DNA of 59,451 bases. Source: a virus (Duplodnaviria > Caudoviricetes). Below the pieces are notes generated by a model that saw nothing but the letters and a program-made list of their open reading frames with translations, was not told the DNA's origin and made no database searches. The stretch spans positions 1 to 59,451 of the IMG/VR virus record IMGVR_UViG_3300035670_000233; one strand, 5' to 3'. Both the position numbers and the translations under genes were made by a program. Shown one piece after another: positions 52,551 through 59,451 of this stretch. How positions within the stretch are numbered: the first letter of the stretch is position 1; each line of letters opens with the position of its first letter.

Positions 52551-53434
52551 TGAACTGCTCCGATTGCCTTGATTGCCGGAATCTGATCCTCTACGGACTT
52601 AATTCCTGTTCCAGTGTAGATGCAGACGCCATTACCCTTAGCGCGGCCACGGCGCACAAAGTCTGCCGCGGTGTTTGGGTTGATTATTGTGCCCGTGTTG
52701 AAATTTCCGCCAGTGTAAAGTGGCCCGTCCAAGTACAGATCCAGAACAGCAGGTTCATCATTTGCATCAGTGTAAGCGTCAATGGCCGTTCCACAATCAG
52801 GAATAAGCAGGATATTTGAGCCATTTCCTAGATCACTCAGCTTGCAGGAGTGATAAGCCCGAGTCCATGCGCCGCCGTTCGACGTTGGGCGGGAGCCACG
52901 ATTATAGCAAGTCTTGAATCCGGCCTGATTAAAGGTCTTCAACCATCGTGTTTCATAATCCCTGCCGCGACTCGTTTGTGTTTCAGCAACAGGCTGGACG
53001 ATTACGTTAGCCGGACCAGCTTCGAGGACTATCTGTGCAGCCCGCTCACACTCTTGTGGAAAGTGGGAAATGTCATGTACTCCACTTTGGCCCCACTTCT
53101 TGATGTGCATATTGTCGTTAACGATCGAAACGAAGAGAGTTAAATTACGCTTGCGGCACTCTTTCAAGAGGGCAAGATAATCATCCTTGAGAGCATCTGC
53201 ACCGCCTGGGCGATATCCGTGCTTGATGGAAACGGTGCTCCCCATATACTCTATGTCTGTTATATTGCAGCCGCTCTTAGCAAGAGCCTCGCAGAGAAGG
53301 GTATAGTCCTTACCTGGCCAGTTATAGGAAATTCCCAGTCCTTTAGCCTCCCGTGGATTATTAACTGGAGTAACCTTTGTTACCACATCAGGATTACACC
53401 CAGCCAGAAGAAGCAGAAAGATTATTTTCTTCAC
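52547..53434 (-). CDS. lipoprotein, possible glycoside-hydrolase-like TIM barrel
   Basis: MKKIIFLLLLAGC lipobox; alternating beta/alpha pattern, NVIVQPVAE. Confidence 0.6.
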   Translation of the reverse strand: MKKIIFLLLLAGCNPDVVTKVTPVNNPREAKGLGISYNWPGKDYTLLCEALAKSGCNITDIEYMGSTVSIKHGYRPGGADALKDDYLALLKECRKRNLTLFVSIVNDNMHIKKWGQSGVHDISHFPQECERAAQIVLEAGPANVIVQPVAETQTSRGRDYETRWLKTFNQAGFKTCYNRGSRPTSNGGAWTRAYHSCKLSDLGNGSNILLIPDCGTAIDAYTDANDEPAVLDLYLDGPLYTGGNFNTGTIINPNTAADFVRRGRAKGNGVCIYTGTGIKSVEDQIPAIKAIGAVQ

Positions 53435-53730
53435 TTTTCTGTTCCTTGATGAAGTAACATAGGAGCAGATTCCCAGTTATTAGCCTGACGATTCTGCTTC
53501 TCAGTACGACCGGCCCAGTCCACGAAGTCCCCATAGCGAATAACCGACCTCTTAAATAACTTCCACTCCGTCTCGCGCGTAACTATGAAAGCTGTTCCAA
53601 GAGCGACAGCCACAAGAATCATCCAGAATTGACGGGCATTTTGACGTATAGTAATTTGTTGTAGTGTTTTCAGCTCACTGATGTCAATATCAGATGAGCG
53701 CCGTCGCTCAAGAGTAGCATCTTCTGACAT
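53431..53730 (-). CDS. single-pass membrane protein
   Basis: ERRR N-terminus then FWMILVAVALGTAFIV. Confidence 0.6.
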   Translation of the reverse strand: MSEDATLERRRSSDIDISELKTLQQITIRQNARQFWMILVAVALGTAFIVTRETEWKLFKRSVIRYGDFVDWAGRTEKQNRQANNWESAPMLLHQGTEK

Positions 53731-53763
53731 CTTGTATCTCCTCTCGGAAGCGAGTAAAATCTT

Positions 53764-54336
53764 TCACTCGTCCTTCTTTGGTTTCTTCAACTTCTCGCTG
53801 AACTCAACAGCCGCCAGCATGTTTGTGGCCGCGTCCTTGGTGGCTTTATCAAGTTTCGTGTCCGCCACAATCGCGGCGAGCAGCGCCTTGTAGGCAGCCT
53901 TCTCGGCCTGATGAGCCGCAATCGCCGAATCACGCCGCGCCTGTAGCGTAGGATCATCGGGGCGCGGACTTTGGTGATCCATATACGTCACAAGATCGCC
54001 GTCGTCGCTGGCGATGATGCCGATACCCCAATCGTTTGTACGCGACTGGAGCACGATCACCGGAGCCTCTATGCCGTTTGGCTCGCTACGCGGGGCTGTC
54101 TCTTCGGCCAATTCCGCGATGTACTGCGCTACTATGTCGGGATCGTTTGTGTGTGCTCGAATCTCTTCTATCGGCGTTCCATTGCTTGTACGTATACGTT
54201 CGACGTCATCCTGAATGAATCGAGCATCCGGACCCTCATCACGACGCAGCACAAGCACTTCTAGGTCAGCAGCGCGGGCAATTGATGTCAACGCAAACAG
54301 ACAAGCGGCCAAAACTCTAATAAAGGCGGATCGCAT
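53764..54336 (-). CDS. secreted-type hypothetical protein
   Basis: Signal peptide MRSAFIRVLAACLFALTSIARA (AxA site). Confidence 0.65.
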   Translation of the reverse strand: MRSAFIRVLAACLFALTSIARAADLEVLVLRRDEGPDARFIQDDVERIRTSNGTPIEEIRAHTNDPDIVAQYIAELAEETAPRSEPNGIEAPVIVLQSRTNDWGIGIIASDDGDLVTYMDHQSPRPDDPTLQARRDSAIAAHQAEKAAYKALLAAIVADTKLDKATKDAATNMLAAVEFSEKLKKPKKDE

Positions 54337-55399
54337 AGACGTACCCTCCGTATGTCATTGTGTATATGTTACCACCGGCATTATTATTAATCACCGGAAA
54401 GAACTTTTGTGACAGTACAGTATTATATCCAACAACAATCCCTGTCACTTCCAGAAATGTAGCCTTTGCGGCTGTTGGCTGACTTGCGTTGATTCTACGG
54501 GTTACGTTGGCATACCAGTTAGGCTGATATGAAAACCCAACTCCTATGTCGCTATTTGCTGTCGTGCTGTTGGTATACGCAAACGACATGCCCCAAAGAA
54601 TGCAGAAGTGTTCATTTTGGCCAATTGTCTCAAATCCATTAGTACGATTCCAATCACCGCTAATAATGTTAAGTGTCGGCGTTACGGTAGCAGCGGCTGA
54701 AACATAGGTGGCTCCAATGGACGCGATCCAAATATCGTTCGAAGCTATGCTTCCTCCGGTTGATAGTCCGGCGACCAAGGATGATACCCAGTTGCTCACT
54801 CCCGATGAGTCAGGAAAAACCCCAGCCGTGCCTGAGAGCGTTGCCTCAGTGTTCGTCCACACCAGAACGTCACTAGGAATCCGTGCAATTGGGACCAGAT
54901 TAGTGTCGCTGTCCATGAAGGCGAGTTGACCAAGATCGTTTGTCCACGAATCACTTAAAGCAGCGGGTGGGTTTGTGATACCAGCATAATCACCATACGC
55001 GGCCCGCGTGATTCCATTTGTCCAATTATCGTCGTTTCGGTAGGCAGAGTCGGCGTTAGCATCAAGTTGATTCGTTGTGAGCGTGGGAATGCGCGACAAC
55101 TCTACCGCGTTCGTGTCGATGTCCATGAAGGCCAATTCACCAAGGGTGTTGGTAAATGTTCCCATGGCCGATCCGCTGACTGGATTAGTTGAGTCATTGA
55201 TTGATTGCTGAACATCAGAATAACGTATCGCGTCAGTAAGATCGTTAGTTACCGTACCTAATGCATTGGTAACTGAGCTAATTTGATTTGTAAGATCTGT
55301 AATACTTTGTGGCAGCTGTTCCACACCAATTGGATTGGCTAGTTGCCCGAAAACATTACCAGCGAACAATAGAGCCGAAATGATTATCTTACCTCTCAT
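54317..55399 (-). CDS. secreted-type T/N-rich fibre-like protein
   Basis: Signal peptide MRGKIIISALLFAGNVFG; internal repeat LG.LAFMD.DTN...RIP. Confidence 0.65.
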   Translation of the reverse strand: MRGKIIISALLFAGNVFGQLANPIGVEQLPQSITDLTNQISSVTNALGTVTNDLTDAIRYSDVQQSINDSTNPVSGSAMGTFTNTLGELAFMDIDTNAVELSRIPTLTTNQLDANADSAYRNDDNWTNGITRAAYGDYAGITNPPAALSDSWTNDLGQLAFMDSDTNLVPIARIPSDVLVWTNTEATLSGTAGVFPDSSGVSNWVSSLVAGLSTGGSIASNDIWIASIGATYVSAAATVTPTLNIISGDWNRTNGFETIGQNEHFCILWGMSFAYTNSTTANSDIGVGFSYQPNWYANVTRRINASQPTAAKATFLEVTGIVVGYNTVLSQKFFPVINNNAGGNIYTMTYGGYVYAIRLY

Positions 55400-55408
55400 G
55401 ATTACTCC

Positions 55409-56308
55409 TTAGGGCAGTGTAGTATCGGTAGTAGAAGTGTCGGTCGTGGTGGAAGTGTCAGTCGTGGTAGTAGAAGTAGTAGTCGTACTATCGGTAGTCG
55501 TACTATCGGTAGTCGTACTATCGGTAGTCGTACTATCGGTAGTCGTACTATCGGTAGTCATACTATCGGTAGTCGTACTATCGGTAGTCGTACTATCGGT
55601 AGTCGTACTATCGGTAGTCGTACTATCGGTAGTCGTAGAGGATGAAGTAGTCGTACTATCGGTAGTCGTAGTCGTGTCGGGTGTGGTGGTAGTAGAACTA
55701 GTGGTGGTAGTAGTAGTAGAACTAGTAGTAGTAGAACTAGTAGTAGTAGAACTAGTAGTGGTGTACGTGGCTTCATAGGTCCAGGGATTTATGAAGTCCG
55801 AAAGGACCCACGTCGTAGAATCAAAAGCCATAAGCGTGACCTGTGACCACGCCGCGGTGTTGGTTTCGGAATAGCCAGAATAGACGGCGTCATATCCTGC
55901 AATGCTATCAGAATCATTCGCGATCAGATATAGAAGAACTCCCCTCTGCTTAACAACAATCTTAAGAGTCTCACCTGCAGCTGTAATCTTAGGCAGAATA
56001 GACTCAAAAATCTTAACATCAGTTAGATCGTAGGTAACCGTAGAATTAAGATTATCACGAGTCAAAACTGCGGGTCCAATAGTTGCTCGCATCTGGTTAG
56101 TTGCAGCGTTCCAATTATTGGTATCCAGAGCCATCTGATTAGAGATTCTTTGGGACTCTGTGTATCCTGAAACACCCAGGGCTACATCCGCCTCGATAAG
56201 AACCTTATCAGCAGACCAGACCGGATCGCTCTCATTCACACCTGGAGTGATTGTATCTGCCCTAGCAAGTAGAGCTAAGGAAAAGAAAAAGGCAATTAGC
56301 TTCTTCAT
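55409..56308 (-). CDS. secreted-type protein with Thr/Ser-rich mucin-like tail
   Basis: Signal peptide MKKLIAFFFSLALLARA (start moved to 56308); ESDPVW motif; (DSTTT)n C-terminus. Confidence 0.7.
   Translation of the reverse strand: MKKLIAFFFSLALLARADTITPGVNESDPVWSADKVLIEADVALGVSGYTESQRISNQMALDTNNWNAATNQMRATIGPAVLTRDNLNSTVTYDLTDVKIFESILPKITAAGETLKIVVKQRGVLLYLIANDSDSIAGYDAVYSGYSETNTAAWSQVTLMAFDSTTWVLSDFINPWTYEATYTTTSSTTTSSTTTSSTTTTTTSSTTTTPDTTTTTDSTTTSSSTTTDSTTTDSTTTDSTTTDSTTTDSMTTDSTTTDSTTTDSTTTDSTTTDSTTTTSTTTTDTSTTTDTSTTDTTLP
55420..55762. repeat. 15-bp tandem repeats (GTACTATCGGTAGTC; GTAGTAGTAGAACTA) encoding DSTTT/SSTTT
   Basis: About ten near-perfect copies at 55485-55636 plus degenerate flanks. 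Confidence 0.95.
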
Positions 56309-56318
56309 GATTATTCCC

Positions 56319-56588
56319 TTATTGCAGATATGCGACTTGGAGAACGCCACTGGTTCCTGTAGCCCTCGTGGTGCGAAAGCCCACCAGACTGCTCTTACGA
56401 TCAATGTTGAGCGTCGATCCAGCGGTCAGCAGCAGGCCGGTTGTGGTATCAGGACTGGTACCGTCCAACATGATTCTCACGGGTGCTGTTTCGCAGGTGA
56501 TCAGTGCACCCGTGATTAATCGGTTCGCATACTTACCCGAGTTGAGACTCTTAACTGTATCGTCTACGGTGATCTTCTCGAAAGCCAT
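56319..56588 (-). CDS. small beta-rich protein (possible virion decoration protein)
   Basis: ALITCETAPVR..LDGTSPDTTTGLLL.AG...L. Confidence 0.6.
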   Translation of the reverse strand: MAFEKITVDDTVKSLNSGKYANRLITGALITCETAPVRIMLDGTSPDTTTGLLLTAGSTLNIDRKSSLVGFRTTRATGTSGVLQVAYLQ

Positions 56589-56591
56589 TGC

Positions 56592-57125
56592 CTACTCCTT
56601 CTTGTCTATCGCTTCGATAATCTTGGAGCTTACACGCTCCAGAATTTCTTTTCCGCCCTGCAGGGAGTCCAATTCATCGCTGAGAATTTGGACTACTTCC
56701 GAGGCAAACTGCAAAATGGCTGATTTGTCAAGCAGCTTGCCAGAAGATTTTTCAATCGAGTGGCAGGATGAAACGAGCTTCTCAATCTTAAGAGTAAGAT
56801 CTGAGATACGGCCGGCATGGATTACTACATCCACTGGCTGCTCGCAGCGATTGAGAACCTCCTCCAGAGTGATTCTCAGGATTCCGATTTCATCCCGCAG
56901 TGATTTAATCGCCGGAGCGTTCGCCTTTTCATCTAGGCGTGATTGGAACAATCGGACTCGATACTGACTGGTTGCCTTTTTCTCTTGGGCGCGGACTGTA
57001 GCTGCTCCTCCGTGTACGTAACAATACTTCCCACCAGGCACAGCCTCATGGATACACTGGCGAAATGATGTTACCGCTTGGCAGCGGGTAGGAGAATCGG
57101 GCTTTGCTACTACTAAGTTATCCAT
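56592..57125 (-). CDS. putative terminase small subunit / HGG zinc-binding protein
   Basis: RCQA...QC...YCYVHGG then helical SLRDEIGILR; first gene of the late block; start moved to MDNL. Confidence 0.6.
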   Translation of the reverse strand: MDNLVVAKPDSPTRCQAVTSFRQCIHEAVPGGKYCYVHGGAATVRAQEKKATSQYRVRLFQSRLDEKANAPAIKSLRDEIGILRITLEEVLNRCEQPVDVVIHAGRISDLTLKIEKLVSSCHSIEKSSGKLLDKSAILQFASEVVQILSDELDSLQGGKEILERVSSKIIEAIDKKE

Positions 57126-57262
57126 GATTCTGAAATCCTGTTTGTTAGGAGAATCTTTTTGGGTACTTCTCCGCAACCATACACGCAACGACGGGTAAAA
57201 TGTGAATTTTGATTATTAATCATGTCTGATGTATGGAATCATCTGATTTAGGAAAGCAGGAG

Positions 57263-57368
57263 AAATGCTAGGAGCCTAAATGATTAGAGGCTAATCTAAA
57301 AGTTGGGTGCTAGGAGCCTAAATGCTAGGAGCCTAAATGATTAGAGGCTAATCTAAAAGTTGGGTGCT
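57263..57368. repeat. 49-bp direct repeat x2 (57-bp period) with internal palindromes
   Basis: AAATGCTAGGAGCCTAAATGATTAGAGGCTAATCTAAAAGTTGGGTGCT at 57263 and 57320. Confidence 0.9.
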
Positions 57369-57442
57369 GGGTGTGGGGTCGGTACGGGTGGGTAAGGGCG
57401 GGGCGGCGGGGGATACCCGCCACCCCAAACCCCGACCGCCGC

Positions 57443-58276
57443 TTAGTCGTCGCCCTCCGCGCTATCTTGTCCCGCGTCAAAGCCACAAGCAAGGTCAAGA
57501 TCTACCGCGTCCCCGCCTAGAATTGCGTCTAGAATATCGCGAGGATCGGCGCTGTCCACCCCGCCCTTGTCTAGCGCGGCGCGCACACGTTCAATTTCCT
57601 TGCGCGACACGCACTTAACCGCATTGCCCCTTTCCTTTACGGTCAATTCCTTGTCGAACGTATCCCGCTTATTTGGAGACTTGAGCACGCGTTGACAAGC
57701 TTCCTTGTCAAGCTTGCTAACTTTCTCAACCGGAAAGCCAAGCTTTACAAGCTTAGCTTGCCGGAAAAGCAACTGCTGCCGTCCGCGCAATGCGGGGATG
57801 TCCTTTTCCTTGCGATACACTCCCGCATTAACGAGGGCAACGACGGCCTCCAGTGTTTCCTTTGCGCGCAACTTGGCAATGACAAGACTTGCCAAGTTAG
57901 CGGTGTGACTAGTCGCTTCGGCTTCTTCTTCTGCAATCTCAATACAAGGCCAGTCTGCCGTTAGTGCGTAATGAGCCCGCGCCGCCAGATAGGCAACAGC
58001 ACGATGCCGCCCGTCCGCAATAACAGGATATTCCTTACTACCATACTCGCGCATGATAGCGTCAAGAATAACGTCCTTACTGTCCTTACGGCTCCCGATA
58101 ACGTTGACAGTATCGGGCAGATAGCGCGCCAGTTCTTCCCGCTCCAAGTAGGCAGTTTTGCCCGCAAAAGTCACGAGGACATTACCGGCGACGATGCCAC
58201 TATTAACGATTGCCGTCAAAATGGCGGCAGTTGTTTCCGGTTGCGGACTGCGAGGATTATTTCCGATTGCGTACAT
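57443..58276 (-). CDS. divergent ParB/Srx-like protein 3
   Basis: GNNPR N-terminus, YPVIADGRHRAVAYL, TANL; helical C-terminus. Confidence 0.6.
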   Translation of the reverse strand: MYAIGNNPRSPQPETTAAILTAIVNSGIVAGNVLVTFAGKTAYLEREELARYLPDTVNVIGSRKDSKDVILDAIMREYGSKEYPVIADGRHRAVAYLAARAHYALTADWPCIEIAEEEAEATSHTANLASLVIAKLRAKETLEAVVALVNAGVYRKEKDIPALRGRQQLLFRQAKLVKLGFPVEKVSKLDKEACQRVLKSPNKRDTFDKELTVKERGNAVKCVSRKEIERVRAALDKGGVDSADPRDILDAILGGDAVDLDLACGFDAGQDSAEGDD

Positions 58277-58378
58277 GACTTTTACTCCCAGCGTATACCA
58301 TACATGCTAAACACAACATACCAATATACCAGCGTTAATAGCGTTGCCAGCGCGGCTTTCGGCAATGTTCCTTTCATG

Positions 58379-58612
58379 TTATTCCTTGCTAACTAGACTC
58401 GCACAAATTGTATTAAGGCCGGTCGCTGCACGAGACAAGACTCTTTCCGCTTGCGCGTAGGGCTGCATAGCACGGAGTGTCTTTTCGCAGTATTCCCGCG
58501 CCGTTTGACATTTATCGGGACCGGCCCCCATATCCACGGACATACCGTCTTGCATGCAATACTCTGCGATATGCTCCCGCATATCCGCCATATCTTTCAG
58601 GATGTCATTCAT
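58379..58612 (-). CDS. hypothetical protein
   Basis: First ORF after the sigma70 promoter, AGGA RBS. Confidence 0.55.
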   Translation of the reverse strand: MNDILKDMADMREHIAEYCMQDGMSVDMGAGPDKCQTAREYCEKTLRAMQPYAQAERVLSRAATGLNTICASLVSKE

Positions 58613-58658
58613 TGGTTATCCTGTCCTTTCGTTGCGCTTGTGCTCTCACGATGGCGCT

Positions 58659-58687
58659 AATATAGAGTGTCCCGCGCCCCTTGTCAA
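58659..58687 (-). promoter_or_regulatory. sigma70-type promoter TTGACA-N17-TATATT
   Basis: Same boxes and downstream AGCGCCAT as the promoter at 11356-11384. Confidence 0.8.
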
Positions 58688-58738
58688 TAGGGGGAGCCCA
58701 ACTTTTTTGAAAATTGTTTTTCGCATTTTAGCATGGAC

Positions 58739-58833
58739 TGGCATGGTTTGTGCTTTACAGCATGAACTGTGCCAAGTCTCCCGTTTTGGCCGATTGCGTT
58801 AGGGATTAACGAATAGCAGCATGAACTGTGCCA
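58739..58833. promoter_or_regulatory. cluster of three sigma54-like -24/-12 sites
   Basis: + strand TGGCAT-GGTTT-GTGCT (58739-58754); - strand TGGCAC-AGTTC-ATGCT twice (58759-58774, 58818-58833). Confidence 0.55.
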
Positions 58834-58910
58834 AACGCCGCAAATGGCCCTAGGACACGTCGCAAGGTGGGGGTGCCAGTAGTTCTATGGTTTGGGGGGT
58901 GTGACGCGTC

Positions 58911-59060
58911 CTAGGCCCATCCTAGCGCGTTTAAAGGGCATAGGCTCTTAAACGCCTTAGGATGGTCCTAGGACCGTTTTACCCTACCAGATAAGGCAAA
59001 GACTAGGGTGGTACCCTGTCAGCATGTTCTAGGACCATCCTAGCGCGTTTAAGAGCCTAT
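58911..59060. repeat. three copies (+,-,+) of a ~30-bp element CTAGGACCATCCTAGCGCGTTTAAGAGCCTAT
   Basis: Copies near 58911, 58940 (inverted) and 59029. Confidence 0.8.
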
Positions 59061-59128
59061 TACGCGAGCCTAGCGCAGCACGGCGGCGCGCATGCGGCGG
59101 GTGGGCGCGCCCGTGCTCTATATTCCAC

Positions 59129-59176
59129 GCACGCGCACGCGCACGCGCACGCGCACGCGCACGCGCACGCGCACGC
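59129..59176. repeat. (GCACGC)8 microsatellite
   Basis: Read directly; strictly alternating purine/pyrimidine. Confidence 0.95.
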
Positions 59177-59263
59177 GAAAAATGATGCGGAGAATCCGCC
59201 TAAAATTATGATTAGATTATTTGAAACCACCCCACACGCAAAATGATTCTTGTTGCCTTGCTT

Positions 59264-59395
59264 GCAACAAAAATCACGTTGCGTGTGGGGTGGTCCCCGC
59301 CCGCAACAAAAAAAATCACGTTGCATGGGATTAAATGGTCCGTGGATTCCACCTAAAACAAAAGCCTAAAATGGTCCGTGGATTCCGCCTAAAAA
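59264..59395. repeat. paired short direct repeats near the right end
   Basis: GCAAC-(A)n-TCACGTTGC x2 (59264, 59303); AAATGGTCCGTGGATTCC(A/G)CCTAAAA x2. Confidence 0.8.
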
Positions 59396-59451
59396 TGAGA
59401 TAAACGTTACAGGGATTTTTCTATATGGGGCGTGGCGGGTGTGGGGCGACT

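Noticed and set aside
55485-55636. Possible CRISPR or iteron array
   Set aside because: Head-to-tail 15-mers encoding DSTTT within an ORF; no spacers
55437-55778. Val-rich hydrophobic plus-strand ORF
   Set aside because: Reverse reading of the Thr/Ser repeat
56319-56588. MAFE start as a fifth copy of the AF leader motif
   Set aside because: Lacks the preceding [TP][WF][IV][TP] residues; probably coincidental
59060-59326. ORF with a poly-(AC) Cys repeat
   Set aside because: Translation of the GCACGC microsatellite and adjacent repeats; no RBS or protein-like composition
1-59451. Alternative genetic code, DGR/retron, tRNA genes
   Set aside because: Standard-code ORFs tile the genome densely; no reverse transcriptase motifs or cloverleaf sequences noticed (a tRNAscan run would be needed to be sure)

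Overview
The window looks like a complete or near-complete ~59 kb genome of a tailed dsDNA phage (siphovirus-like: long tape measure, no sheath gene), with non-coding, repeat-rich DNA at both ends. Layout: (i) minus-strand accessory and nucleotide-metabolism genes at 252-17160 (PD-(D/E)xK nuclease, atypical ATP-dependent ligase, sigma-like factor, GT2, DEDDh nuclease, DenV-like glycosylase, NYN, VRR-NUC, methyltransferase, C39-like peptidase, dATP/dGTP diphosphohydrolase, ThyX); (ii) a minus-strand replication block at 17157-24611 (family A polymerase, SNF2 helicase, putative SSB, two ParB-like proteins); (iii) a ~220 bp quasi-palindromic divergent control region followed by a plus-strand primase-helicase/adenine methylase/exonuclease block at 24944-29543; (iv) a minus-strand morphogenesis, lysis and secreted-protein block at 29504-57125; (v) a third ParB-like gene and a terminal region with sigma70- and sigma54-like sites and repeats. 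I recognised no integrase, ParA, prohead protease, canonical endolysin, tRNA or CRISPR array. The most striking signal is a short N-terminal leader ending in [TP][WF][IV][TP]AF shared by four virion assembly proteins (scaffold, major capsid, major tail tube, tape measure). It is conserved as protein but not as DNA, suggesting a leader-processing maturation system analogous to the Prp-cleaved leaders of Firmicutes phages but with a different motif. Several late proteins, including a tail-fibre-like one, carry Sec or lipoprotein signal peptides. All family calls come from motif recognition by eye; no database searches were run. Where I moved a start codon relative to the ORF track, the evidence field says so.
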